Of a DNA stretch of 64,000 nucleotides, positions 10,068 to 20,597 are shown one piece after another. Positions within the stretch are counted from its first letter, which is position 1, and each line of letters starts with the position of its first letter. Source of the DNA: an uncultured Nitrososphaeraceae archaeon (lineage in GTDB: Archaea > Thermoproteota > Nitrososphaeria > Nitrososphaerales > Nitrososphaeraceae); the NCBI GenBank assembly GCA_963837175.1, contig CAWIMJ010000047.1, positions 64,001-128,000 of the forward strand, given 5' to 3'. The notes below the pieces were generated by a model. The model was not told the origin of the DNA. It saw only the letters and a program-made list of their open reading frames with translations, and did not search any database. Both the position numbers and the translations under genes were made by a program.

Positions 10068-11246
10068 TTATCCTGTTGCATTACCTGTTGCTGTAGTAGC
10101 CATTGTTGTATCATTATTCATTACTGAAGCTGTTTGATTGCCTGTCATCATTGGTTGTACCGCTGCCAATGTGGAATTACTGGCGACTACACTCGAACTA
10201 CCTTTAGGGGCTACTGCTGTGCCTGGTGGTTGGTCATTTACAGTCGAGGTATTGTTAGCAATCACGGCAAGTGCAGCACCCTTATATACATCGTTCATAG
10301 CATGGTCAACGCCGACATAAACTCCTTCCTCTGGAAATGTTGTTTCAATAACGGAACCTGAGCCTGCTGGAATCCACCATGTTTCGTCATTTAGCAATAC
10401 AGTACCTAGTCTGTTCAAGACAGAGCCGTCGCGTACTGCATCAAGCATACCAGAGATGAAATGGAATGCTACGCCGTCATTAGGACCATAGTCTAAGACA
10501 TACCATCTAGTTAATTCACCTGGCTTGACCTTGAAGGGTTGGGCATTAGGATTGAGAACAACCTTTGCTTGTTCACCTATGGAAGGTACATATTTGTGAG
10601 CCATACCATTAGTCAGAACAAGGGTTGCATTGCCATTAAGGAATTTTTGCAAATCAAATGACCCTGCTTTAGAATTGTCGGCAGTATCACTATAGATTTC
10701 ACCAAATGCCAGATAGAACTCTTTTGCTGGTTTTTCATTCTGAGGATGCACTACAATTCCGCCAGCCATGCCATTTGCAATGTGTTCCCATACACCAAAC
10801 AATGCATCAGCACCGCAATGATAGAAGAAGAAGCCTGGAGTATTAGCATGTAATGTCCATGTCTTTGATTCACCTGGATTTACATTCCCAGATAGCACTT
10901 GGCTCGGACCAATGGCTGCATGAAAGTCCATACTATGTATTACTTTACCATCATTTCTTACTGTTACTTCTAATGCATCACCCTGATCAACTGCAATTAC
11001 TGGACCTGGAATTGTGCCATTCCAGACCATTGCGTTATATGTGACTCCGCCTGGATGAAGAGCATTATCAGGAGCCACTTGGACTACTTTTTCACTTGCA
11101 ACTAAAAGAACTTTTTTTGTAACACCCGTTGGTTGTGGTTGCACTTGTGCTGATGCGCTTGGGATGCCTCCTGAGTTAAAAGGAGCTAAAACGAATCCTG
11201 CTATCAGAACAGCCGCGATTATACCTGTGAGAATGACGTTGTTCAT
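10068..11246 (-). CDS. nirK: Copper-containing nitrite reductase, AOA type
   Basis: Signal peptide; HSMDFH, YHCG...H....M type-1/2 Cu ligands, FHFI and DHAM. Confidence 0.9.
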   Translation of the reverse strand: MNNVILTGIIAAVLIAGFVLAPFNSGGIPSASAQVQPQPTGVTKKVLLVASEKVVQVAPDNALHPGGVTYNAMVWNGTIPGPVIAVDQGDALEVTVRNDGKVIHSMDFHAAIGPSQVLSGNVNPGESKTWTLHANTPGFFFYHCGADALFGVWEHIANGMAGGIVVHPQNEKPAKEFYLAFGEIYSDTADNSKAGSFDLQKFLNGNATLVLTNGMAHKYVPSIGEQAKVVLNPNAQPFKVKPGELTRWYVLDYGPNDGVAFHFISGMLDAVRDGSVLNRLGTVLLNDETWWIPAGSGSVIETTFPEEGVYVGVDHAMNDVYKGAALAVIANNTSTVNDQPPGTAVAPKGSSSVVASNSTLAAVQPMMTGNQTASVMNNDTTMATTATGNATG

Positions 11247-11269
11247 TGAGGCCAGGTTATTCTATACCC

Positions 11270-11277
11270 TATTAAAA
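11270..11277 (-). promoter_or_regulatory. TATA box of nirK (probably leaderless)
   Basis: TTTTAATA 24 nt before the ATG. Confidence 0.55.
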
Positions 11278-11432
11278 CCTAACCTTTAAAACATAAGATA
11301 TCGAGCATATATATAAAATAGAGACTTCATCCAATATGCTGGACAATAAGAAGGATCATTGTAACTTATTTTTTGGCACATTATAATAGCAACTATCTTT
11401 TAGTACCAGTATTTTGTATATTATTAAAGTAC

Positions 11433-11870
11433 TTGAGACTGTTTCAAAAGAAAAAAAGTCTATTTTGTAATATTTGTAAGAAGGAGCTTAAACATAAATA
11501 TAAACCCGCCAAGGAATGGAACATGGAAGGTTTTTTATGTGCGGATTGTCATATAGATAAAACAAAGGAATTTATTGCAAAACAGCAACAATATGAAGAA
11601 ATCCCGGACAGCTGTATAATATGTAAAAAGGAACTTAAATCAGAAAAAAAGAAACCTAGATGGCAGTGGAATATGGATTCAGGAAGTTTCTTGTGTAGTG
11701 ATTGTTTTGAGGAGAAAGAATTGAGTTATGAAAAAAGACAAAATTTTTGTTCTGTCTGTAGTAAAAAAATGGGATTTATACGTTATAATCCTAAACCCAA
11801 ATGGAATATAGACGGACAATTATGCAAAAATTGTTGGGATAGGAAAAACCAAAAGGAGACTCAACAATAA
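11433..11870 (+). CDS. Protein with three tandem Cys4 zinc-finger repeats
   Basis: 3x CxxC...P..WN[MI][DE]..LCxxC; TTG 11433 chosen as probable start. Confidence 0.8.
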   Translation: MRLFQKKKSLFCNICKKELKHKYKPAKEWNMEGFLCADCHIDKTKEFIAKQQQYEEIPDSCIICKKELKSEKKKPRWQWNMDSGSFLCSDCFEEKELSYEKRQNFCSVCSKKMGFIRYNPKPKWNIDGQLCKNCWDRKNQKETQQ

Positions 11871-11872
11871 GT

Positions 11873-12097
11873 TTGTTTAAGAAAAATATTTGCGAAGCTT
11901 GTGGAAGGAAGTTTAGGAAGGTTGAAGAATTGATGCAACACACTCAAGTTACACACGGAAAAGCGCTTTTATATGAATGTAAGAATTGCAATAAGAGCTT
12001 TGAGGGGATGGAACAAATGCGTGATCATATTAAGAAATTCCACTCCTATAATAAAATTGTAGAACACAAAAATATAAAAAAAAGTAATAAGGATTAA
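11873..12097 (+). CDS. Double C2H2 zinc-finger protein
   Basis: CEACGRKF...LMQHTQVTH and CKNCNKSF...MRDHIKKFH. Confidence 0.88.
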   Translation: MFKKNICEACGRKFRKVEELMQHTQVTHGKALLYECKNCNKSFEGMEQMRDHIKKFHSYNKIVEHKNIKKSNKD

Positions 12098-12846
12098 ATA
12101 ATTACCTAGAGTATTTCAGAACGTCATGCAGACTTGAGTCTAGTTGGCAGTACGGAGTGATGCTATTACAATTATAAGTTCTGAATAATAGAACTCTTTT
12201 TGGATATTATCATCAAACATTATAGCTTAAATTAATGAGCAGAATCGTGAATCTCTTTCATTACGAAATGACATTCACATTTTATCCTAGAGAAACAAGT
12301 TTGGGCTGAGTTGATAATAGATCTGATAAAGAAATTTCGAATACCCTTTAATTAAAAAGTAGCTCTATAGACTGTCAATAATAACAATACTTATAAAATT
12401 AGGAAATCGACTACTTTGTTAATTATTCAATGCTGCTTTAAGCTTTCTGAGTACAAGTCATACGGGATGGCTTCACTAGGCAGGCGTCTGAACATTTCAC
12501 TAACACTATCGTCCCTATTTATTTATGATGCTGTGAAGGTATTTTCACTCATATTTTGTATTAAAATAAATTAGAATCAATAAATTCTCTAATTTGCGTT
12601 TGTATCTATTCCTCTTGCAAGTTTCCTTTTGATGTGTGATGTTGCAACGGATTTAATAAATCGATTAAATTATTTTACAGGATTAACAGAATTTGATCTT
12701 TCAGCTTATCTTTGAGAAAAAAAGAAAATGCCGCTAAGCCCTTGCACAACATAATTTTATAGGCTTGTGATAAAATTACTAATAAGACGATAATCCACAA
12801 TATTTAATAAAAACACATTATAATTCTTCATCAGGTATTTTGCATT

Positions 12847-13191
12847 ATGAAGAAAATTGAGGCCGTAATTCCACATGCTAGACTTCGAAGTGCATTTTCA
12901 GCCGTCGCCGAACTTAATCTAGGCGGTCTGACATATTATGAATCAAAGGGTAGAGGACAAATTCCAAGACCTGAAATGCAGTCTGGTAGAGGCACTTCAA
13001 CCTATAGACCAGAGTTTAATGTGAACGCCATGGTGGTAATAGTAGTTAATGATTCTATGGTGGATAAGGTTGTAGAAAAGATTGTTAATAGTACTAGTAC
13101 AGGTCTTGCTGGAGAGGGCAAAATTTTCATATCGGATGTAGACGACACAGTAGATATAGGATCAAAACAGCGCGGAGAATCTGCACTTTAA
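12847..13191 (+). CDS. glnB: P-II family nitrogen regulator
   Basis: MKKIEAVI, KGRG, TGLAGEGKIFIS, RGESAL. Confidence 0.92.
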   Translation: MKKIEAVIPHARLRSAFSAVAELNLGGLTYYESKGRGQIPRPEMQSGRGTSTYRPEFNVNAMVVIVVNDSMVDKVVEKIVNSTSTGLAGEGKIFISDVDDTVDIGSKQRGESAL

Positions 13192-13223
13192 TGGCATTGA
13201 ATGAACTAGAAAAGTTGTTCTTT

Positions 13224-13358
13224 TTAATTTTCCTTTAGTACATCTTCAATAGCCTGACTAGCGTTAAGCATACCTTTGATTTTTGCATAATTTTCTATAA
13301 ATTTCCATTGCTCTTGTGAGAAACATATGGGCATCGTTTTTTCACTGTTATCACGCAT
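13224..13358 (-). CDS. 44-aa small protein, ribbon-helix-helix-like (not in ORF track)
   Basis: Manual translation MRDNSEKTMPICFSQEQWKFIENYAKIKGMLNASQAIEDVLKEN; TATA-like ttataa upstream. Confidence 0.65.
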   Translation of the reverse strand: MRDNSEKTMPICFSQEQWKFIENYAKIKGMLNASQAIEDVLKEN

Positions 13359-13474
13359 ATGATTTCAGACATTATTCAAGATTATAATTGTTCCTATTTC
13401 AGAACTCTTTTTGAAGAGACAAAATACGTACATGAAGACTTCATTAACCGAGAGGCATATATGACAAAAATTGC

Positions 13475-13868
13475 TTAACCTTTAACTCTCGCAATTTTTA
13501 TCCGTTCCATAACCTTCCAATATTCCACCTCTCCTCCTTGCCTAATCTTGTCTCGGATTTCATCCTCAACTGAGGAGGTTTCAAAGACCTCGAATGTTTC
13601 GAGATCCATTATTTGTAGCAGTTGATCAGAAATGGAAATCACTTGACCATTTCTTTTATCTATTAAAGGAACTTCTATATTCGCCGATACAGGAGATACA
13701 AGACTATGCCTTGATCCATCAAAAACTCCTATTGCTGCCTACTCTTGCTTTTGCTGAACCATGTTTTCCGGGTTTGCTATGGTCATATGAAACTATTCTG
13801 CAAGGCTCGCCGTCTATCATGATATAAGAACCAACTTTAAGGCTGCCAAGATCCATCGGCCTGCTCAA
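13475..13868 (-). CDS. eif5a: Translation factor aIF5A, interrupted by a +1 frameshift at 13738-13739 (not in ORF track)
   Basis: [12 protein letters not shown] hypusine motif; removing one base gives VAAIGVFDG...QIMDLETFE...RVKG, 130 aa. Confidence 0.93.
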
Positions 13869-14439
13869 TACTTATCAGAATTTTAGGACTTATATTCATA
13901 TTTAGGTATATCTATTGTGTATAAATAATTATGAGCATATGATCTATCAATGTCTATTCTGTCTTGCTCGGAAATAAGCCTAGCAAAGCACAACAAAATT
14001 TATTTGGAGATATTAAATTCAAATCATACAAATCAATGGGTAGATTGCAAGCTTTTTCTAATAGGGGAATTTTTAAAAAGCATGCTTACAACATGTAATT
14101 GAAAATTGGAATGATATTAACATGCTAGCTATCGTGCTAAAATAAAGTCCTTATGTCGTACCGCTGAGTCATAATGAATTTAATATACTTGCGTCTCAAA
14201 AATCTCCTATGAATCTATTTCCATTCTGTCAGACACGTAAATCATTGCCTAAAATTGGAAAAATACAGTTGTGGCTATTCTATAAGAACATAAAATTATG
14301 GTTTTTATCGGAGATAATTACCAAACGCATTAACTTAATTTGAATTTAAAGGTGAATAGAGAGATTTTTCTTTAATTAACAAGGAGAAATCAGCATTTTC
14401 AGAGTAAATATTAAAATATTAATTAATTGTCGTTTACAA

Positions 14440-14892
14440 GCCGTGTCCAGCCTATTGTTCTTCCTATTGATTAACTTGTTCTTCTCTCAGGTATTATTGT
14501 CGTTTGTATGGAAAACATGTCCATGGAGAAGCTGATCCTCCTAGCTTTCTACAGATAATTAAAAAATGACGTATTAAGAGTATAGCTGATAACTATCTCA
14601 GCTAAAGCAAACTCTACTAGCAATGTGCAAGACGAGGATTATGGTCAATCACCTGTAAATATAGGGATTGTCCTGCACTTATGAATATATCCGGTCTTCA
14701 TTGTCCCTCTATTATCATATTTGCAATTTGCAATGAAAGCCTACCATAATCGAGATAGCCATAACCTGTCTCTTTCTCGAATAGAGGTCCCAGCTGACTT
14801 TCGAATGGCTTTATTAGAAAACAGTATTCATTATGAAAACGTTTCCTCGATTCAAATTTGGTATATCGTTTCCAATTTCCAATAGGAACCAT
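14440..14892 (-). pseudogene. Decayed molybdate/tungstate-type (ModA/WtpA-like) solute-binding protein
   Basis: KPFESQLGPLFEKETGY...SLQIANMIIEGQ*RPDIFISAG then LVEFALAEIVISY in another frame; several stops and shifts. Confidence 0.6.
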
Positions 14893-15234
14893 ATACCGAT
14901 AATCAACGATAGAGCAATTGGTGTTAAAAGTATGACAAAAAAAAGCGCTTATTAAACCGAGCGAATACTTTTGTAACCTCTTCTATTATTTAATACTACT
15001 ATCATGGCCTTAATGCCCCCCTTATCAAAATATCTCAATCTTCCGCATTTTGCAATTTTTCTATCTTGTAAATAATATCAAAAAAGGCTACTATACTACT
15101 AATCGTTTTTAAGAATAACATTTAATCAGCTTTTATTTTACTGTTCAATTGCTAATTCCATAATCCTTATAAAAGATTACCTAGCTATAAAAATTGTTAT
15201 CCAATAATACTCGACACTCACGTTTACAATATTA

Positions 15235-15831
15235 TTACTTTAATTTTTCTAATATAGAAAAGCTCATAAGATTATTTAAAGAGATTCCCTTCCTTGCGAC
15301 ATCTCTTCTTGTTCTTTCACAATACTTCTGGTCGCTCTGGTGCGTTTTTTCTCCTTCTACTTCTAGTACTATAATATTCTTTGAATATGGAAAAGTAAAC
15401 TTTAATTGCTCTGTAGTCAAAATTCGAATATTTGCTAGACTTGCTCTTTGTACGCGCTCTCTTTTAATTATAACTTCTTCAACATCAGATATCTCGATTT
15501 CACTGTAATTGTATTTCGTAAAATAGGTCGAAATATAGTTCAGCTTTTTGCCACAACGTTCAAAAAAAGCGCTATCCAGATTGAAAACGAATGACAAGCT
15601 GTCCATATTTTGCTTTCTAATATCTTCTAATACAATCTGCATATCTTTAAACGATGCAAGGATATAATGATATGCCCTTTTAGGGAAATAAGGAAGAGTT
15701 TCATCAGAGAATGTTGCTGTGACAAAATAGATATCAAAAATACTGCCGGTTTGTCTCCATTGATCTACTAAGGAGCTGCATTTTTTTTCATGTGGTGTAC
15801 ACACGTATCCCAGTACGGCTCCTACCTCCAC
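15235..15831 (-). CDS. Hypothetical protein
   Basis: 198-aa ORF with TATA (tatata) upstream. Confidence 0.75.
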   Translation of the reverse strand: MEVGAVLGYVCTPHEKKCSSLVDQWRQTGSIFDIYFVTATFSDETLPYFPKRAYHYILASFKDMQIVLEDIRKQNMDSLSFVFNLDSAFFERCGKKLNYISTYFTKYNYSEIEISDVEEVIIKRERVQRASLANIRILTTEQLKFTFPYSKNIIVLEVEGEKTHQSDQKYCERTRRDVARKGISLNNLMSFSILEKLK

Positions 15832-16412
15832 AGCTAATCCAATTTCAGTTATTTTGCTAACGTATATATATTGTGAATCAATCGAGAAGTTTTTTTATAT
15901 GCATTATTTCTTTGCAGAGATATTATCTTGAGGACATACCAATACTAGTTTTCAATTTGCAATAATTTCGGATTGTGTTTGTCAAAATTGTATGAGACTA
16001 TGTCCCACGTTATCAAGCAAATTAGCATGCTTATGTCTGCATTATAGATACATACGTGAAAGCAATATCAAACAATATTGAAGGGCTATGACGATTCTAA
16101 TTTATTTAGCAGAGAAATAAATTGTACTTCGATTGAATTTTCATATTAATAGCTTCAAGTTTAAGCTTTGTCTTTCAATGATTTCTTTAAGAATAATACT
16201 AACTATTTAGAGCCTTCAACATTTTTCACTATTATCATAATAAAAAGAAACGAAGTAACAATAATAGTTTCTAGCCACATTATAGTCCTACCGACATGGA
16301 CAAAAAGGATGTAAGTTACTTTTTCTAATAAATTTAGAAAGATTTCACCTCATTTTTGCTCAGATTAAAGAATCAATTTCGTATACATGTACATGGTATC
16401 TTCAATGAGAAA

Positions 16413-17309
16413 CTAGAACTGAACTCTGCAATTAAAGGCTTTTGTACTAGCGGCTGTATGCCATTTAGCCGATCCCACTTCTTTTACTTTCAATTTATAA
16501 TACGGAAGTGTTACATAGCATATAATAAGAGAGAAAGCTCCTAATGGATCACGAATGCAATTGCGCACTGCTTCCATAATGGCAATCTTCAAGGGAAGGT
16601 CAGATCGGAATCTAGAATAATAAGCATGAAGCTGCTTGTGGCCAATAGCTGCCCTAATGACTTGTGAAGCAAAGTCAAATACCTTATTTGGAGGCAGGAA
16701 ATAAACCAATGCATTGTCATTATAGACAATTTCTAAGCCAAATTCTAGAATCTTACATTGAAGGTATAGATCTATCGAAATTATGTCACGAGGTATGATA
16801 ATTTTTTTTGCAACTTCAGAAGTCACTGAAAGTGCTCTACCCATGACGGTATACTGCGATAAACCTTGACGCCTAACCGAGCGAAGCCAATATGCAATGA
16901 ACGAAGATGCCCTTCCGGCTATACCCTTAATTTGAACAGGTTGAGGATTCGAGGCGCAAAGAACTGTTGCCTTTTTTAAAACAGATACGAGTTGTGGCGT
17001 AGCATATTTATCGATAACAATATCAGCATCATATAAAACAATGATATCTCCGGTCGCTCTGTGGAAGATTTCATTCCAAGCTTCTGCCGCTCCTCTTCTT
17101 GTATGATGATGTATCAAATTAATATTAACCTGCGAATTTTCTTTGGCAAAGTTTTCGACAAGTTCTGGTGTATTATCACTCGAGTCATCTGAAATTATTA
17201 TCTCTGAAATGAAATAATCTTTTGAAGATTGAGTGATCAGCGAATTTAAAAGGTTGATTATGTTCTGTTCTTCGTTATACGAAGGTATACCAATTGTTAC
17301 GCGTTTCAT
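16413..17309 (-). CDS. Glycosyltransferase family 2
   Basis: IPSYNEE, DDSSDNT, DAD motif. Confidence 0.9.
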   Translation of the reverse strand: MKRVTIGIPSYNEEQNIINLLNSLITQSSKDYFISEIIISDDSSDNTPELVENFAKENSQVNINLIHHHTRRGAAEAWNEIFHRATGDIIVLYDADIVIDKYATPQLVSVLKKATVLCASNPQPVQIKGIAGRASSFIAYWLRSVRRQGLSQYTVMGRALSVTSEVAKKIIIPRDIISIDLYLQCKILEFGLEIVYNDNALVYFLPPNKVFDFASQVIRAAIGHKQLHAYYSRFRSDLPLKIAIMEAVRNCIRDPLGAFSLIICYVTLPYYKLKVKEVGSAKWHTAASTKAFNCRVQF

Positions 17310-17926
17310 CCGTCATATCAAGGATTACAGTGTGTACATATGTAGTTTATGTCTTATTGTCATGAACAAACTTATGACTAGGTCTTAGAATTGACTGATA
17401 ATCACGGTTTCCACTTTTTTTATCATTTTATTTGGTTTAAATTGATATATACTGCTAACATATCAAACTAACTAAAACTGGATACCTCATCTTCAATCTG
17501 GAGCACATTATAAGCAAGACTACGAATAGATTCTTCTCGAATTAGAACCCTTTCGTTGTTATTTTTGCCTGTCGATAAAATTATTGCCAAATGCTAAGTC
17601 AGTAGAGTGTCTAGAAAAGGAGTAAAGACACACCAAGATATTCAATATTATTATCGATATTCCGTCGTAAACCTAAATAATTTTCAACTGACTTGGAAAT
17701 GCTAAATCATCAACAAAAAAAGCATTACATTCTTGTAACCAATCACTATAGAATACATAGAACAAACAATTGAAGAACAAAGTAAGAAAAGGAGTCAAAT
17801 CATAAAATTTCAGTAGTAGCATCCACATGGAAGATATTGAATTATAAACTTCCAAATCTTGTAAATCAACAAAATACCATATGCGTAAGTATTCATATTC
17901 CCACAAAGATATGATATCTGACACCT

Positions 17927-18898
17927 GTGCAGACATATAGCCTTGATACTGATACCGTCTATCGTAAAATTAGTAGAGATGTAGGATTATGTAAGAAGGA
18001 CATGGTTTTTCCCATTTTTATTCAAGAACAGGGAAAAAAGTTTCATCATATCAATACAATGCCTGGTATGACTTTAACGCCCTTATCACAAATCATCTAC
18101 CAAGTACAGAAGGTGTTAGATGCTGGAATTTCATCAATAATTATATTTGGCATTCCTACGAAACGTGACCGTATTGGATATCATGCTTCAAAAAAAAATG
18201 GGATAATACAGCGCGCATTGCTACTGATTAAGAATAAATTTGGAAATTTGATCAATGTGACGACTGACGTATGTCTATGCCAGTATAATTTCTCTGGTCA
18301 TTGCGGAGTAGTGTTTGATAATGGCAATATAGACAACGACACTACCTTACGATTTCTATCTGAAATCGCTCTAAGCCATGCAGAGGCAGGCGCTGATATA
18401 GTCGCACCTTCTTCTATGATGGATGGTCAAGTACTTTCAATAAGAAATTCGCTTGATAAACATGGTTTTATAAAGACTAAAATTTTATCTTACTCTGCCA
18501 AATATCATTCATCCCTTTACATACCCTTTAGATTTGCCATGTTTTCAAAGGAATCTAATTATAAGAATCTAAATAAATCATCATACCAAATAGCATATAC
18601 AAATCCAAAAGAGACAATGAGGGAAATTGAAAATGACATTCGAGAGGGAGCAGACATGGTTATGATAAAACCAGCAATGACATACTTGGATATTATATAT
18701 ATGATAAAAGAAAAATTAAAGTTCCCTCTTGCGGTTCAGAATGTCTCCGGTGAATATGCTATGATAAAGGCCGCAGCCAGGCGAGGATGGCTACAGGAAG
18801 AGAATGCCAAACTTAATTCTATTGTCGCGATGAAAAGGGCAGGAGCGGACAAAATAATCACCTATTTTGCTATGGACATAGCTAGATATTTAGATTAA
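17927..18898 (+). CDS. hemB: Porphobilinogen synthase
   Basis: DVCLCQY..GHC Zn site, APSSMMDG, MIKPA, VSGEYAM. Confidence 0.95.
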   Translation: MQTYSLDTDTVYRKISRDVGLCKKDMVFPIFIQEQGKKFHHINTMPGMTLTPLSQIIYQVQKVLDAGISSIIIFGIPTKRDRIGYHASKKNGIIQRALLLIKNKFGNLINVTTDVCLCQYNFSGHCGVVFDNGNIDNDTTLRFLSEIALSHAEAGADIVAPSSMMDGQVLSIRNSLDKHGFIKTKILSYSAKYHSSLYIPFRFAMFSKESNYKNLNKSSYQIAYTNPKETMREIENDIREGADMVMIKPAMTYLDIIYMIKEKLKFPLAVQNVSGEYAMIKAAARRGWLQEENAKLNSIVAMKRAGADKIITYFAMDIARYLD

Positions 18899-18941
18899 CC
18901 CTAGTCACAATTATATATAATTCTTACAACAAACGAACTGT

Positions 18942-19109
18942 CCCGCGGTAGCTCAGCCTGGTAGAGCTTTCGGCTGTAGATGTCGGCTTACTCTCATTAG
19001 CTGACCACGAGAATCAGCCTATTAGGCATACAATGTGCAGTAACCGAAGAGTCGCAGGCTCAAACAATCGTAGATAAGAACTATGTTGGAGCAGATCCTG
19101 CCCGCGGGA
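18942..19109 (+). tRNA. tRNA-Tyr(GTA) with two introns (37/38: 18980-19042; 58/59: 19064-19094)
   Basis: Acceptor CCCGCGG/CCGCGGG, anticodon stem TTCGG/CCGAA, T stem GCAGG/CCTGC, BHB-type junctions; TATA at 18911-18920. Confidence 0.9.
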
Positions 19110-19173
19110 TACAATTTTAGTCCCGAATTACTTAGTTATTATATATGAATATTAGATATACACCGGTAAAGAT

Positions 19174-20568
19174 ATGTCAAATACAATTGAAACAATCAAT
19201 CCAGCAACCGGGAAAGTAATTGGGAGTTATAATAGCATGAGTATAGAAGAAATCAATCAAAAAACGAAAAATGCTAGGAATTCTTTTGAAGATTGGAAAA
19301 AGCTGGATATTTCAGAACGATGTACATATATGCGACGCCTTGGGAGAGTCATGAAGAAAAACAAAGAAGATTATGCAAAATTAATCACAGAGGAAATGGG
19401 TAAACCAATAAGACAATCGCTGGCTGAGATAGATAAGTGTGCCTGGGTTTGTGATTATTACTCAGAACATGCAGAATCTTTTTTAAGAGACGAATTAATT
19501 CCTACAGAGTTTCGGAAAAGTTTCGTGTCTTTTGAACCACTTGGGGTTATTGCCTGTATTATGCCATGGAATTTTCCTTTTTGGCAAGTAATGCGTTTTG
19601 CCGTTCCCGCATTAGCAGCAGGAAATGTGGGAATTCTAAAACATTCAAGTGTATGTCTAGGTACATCTCTCCAAATTGAACAGGCATTTAAAGACGCAGG
19701 CTTTCCTGAGAATATTTTTCAGTCGATAATTGGAGATTATAGAGCAGGAGAAGCGCTGACACAGTCAGATATCGATGCTGTATCAGTTACCGGTAGTGTT
19801 AATACTGGAAGAAGAGTAGCAGAACTAGCTACGAAGGAATTAAAAAAGTTTGTTTTGGAACTTGGGGGAAGTGATCCTTTTATAGTTCTTGAAGATGCAG
19901 ATTTAAATCAAACTGCACATATGGCAGCTCAATCTAGACTTCTGAACAACGGTCAAAGCTGCATTGCGGCAAAAAGATTTATTGTTGTGAAAAATGTAGC
20001 AGACAAGTTTACTAAACTATTTGTCGAAGAAACAGAGTCAGAAGTAGTAGGAGATCCAATGGATTCAAAGACAACCGTAGGACCTTTAGTTCGTGATAGC
20101 CAAAGAGAGGCATTGGCAAAGCAGGTTGACGATGCTAGAACTAGAGGTGCATCCATTTTAACTGGAGGAAATTCAATCAACAGGGATGGTTATTTTTACG
20201 AACCAACAATAGTATCTCACGTAGATCATAATATGAAGATCGTAAAAGAAGAAGTATTTGGTCCTGCCGCGCCTATAATTGTCGTGAACGACGAAGAAGA
20301 AGCGATCAGGGAAGCAAACAACTCAGAGTTTGGATTAGGAGCCAGCATATGGACAAATAATATCGAAAGAGGTATTCTTCTTGCAAGAAAAGTTGAGAGC
20401 GGGATAGTTTCAGTAAATGAGATGGTACGGTCTGATCCACGACTTCCTTTTGGTGGAATAAAACATTCTGGTATAGGACGAGAACTGTCTGAAGTAGGCA
20501 TCAAGGAGTTTGTTAATATAAAGTCCGTAGTAGTAAAAGACATAACTAGTAAATTACTTGTAGAATGA
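19174..20568 (+). CDS. NAD(P)-dependent aldehyde dehydrogenase (succinate-semialdehyde dehydrogenase-like)
   Basis: PWNFP, ELGGSDP, GQSCIAAKR, EEVFGP. Confidence 0.92.
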   Translation: MSNTIETINPATGKVIGSYNSMSIEEINQKTKNARNSFEDWKKLDISERCTYMRRLGRVMKKNKEDYAKLITEEMGKPIRQSLAEIDKCAWVCDYYSEHAESFLRDELIPTEFRKSFVSFEPLGVIACIMPWNFPFWQVMRFAVPALAAGNVGILKHSSVCLGTSLQIEQAFKDAGFPENIFQSIIGDYRAGEALTQSDIDAVSVTGSVNTGRRVAELATKELKKFVLELGGSDPFIVLEDADLNQTAHMAAQSRLLNNGQSCIAAKRFIVVKNVADKFTKLFVEETESEVVGDPMDSKTTVGPLVRDSQREALAKQVDDARTRGASILTGGNSINRDGYFYEPTIVSHVDHNMKIVKEEVFGPAAPIIVVNDEEEAIREANNSEFGLGASIWTNNIERGILLARKVESGIVSVNEMVRSDPRLPFGGIKHSGIGRELSEVGIKEFVNIKSVVVKDITSKLLVE

Positions 20569-20597
20569 TCTTTCTTTCTTTTCTTCTGAAGGTTTTC

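Noticed and set aside
12418-12552. GGGATGG/TCGTCCC stem and a stop-interrupted minus-strand mini-ORF upstream of P-II
   Set aside because: Single 7-bp stem and no recognisable peptide; insufficient evidence
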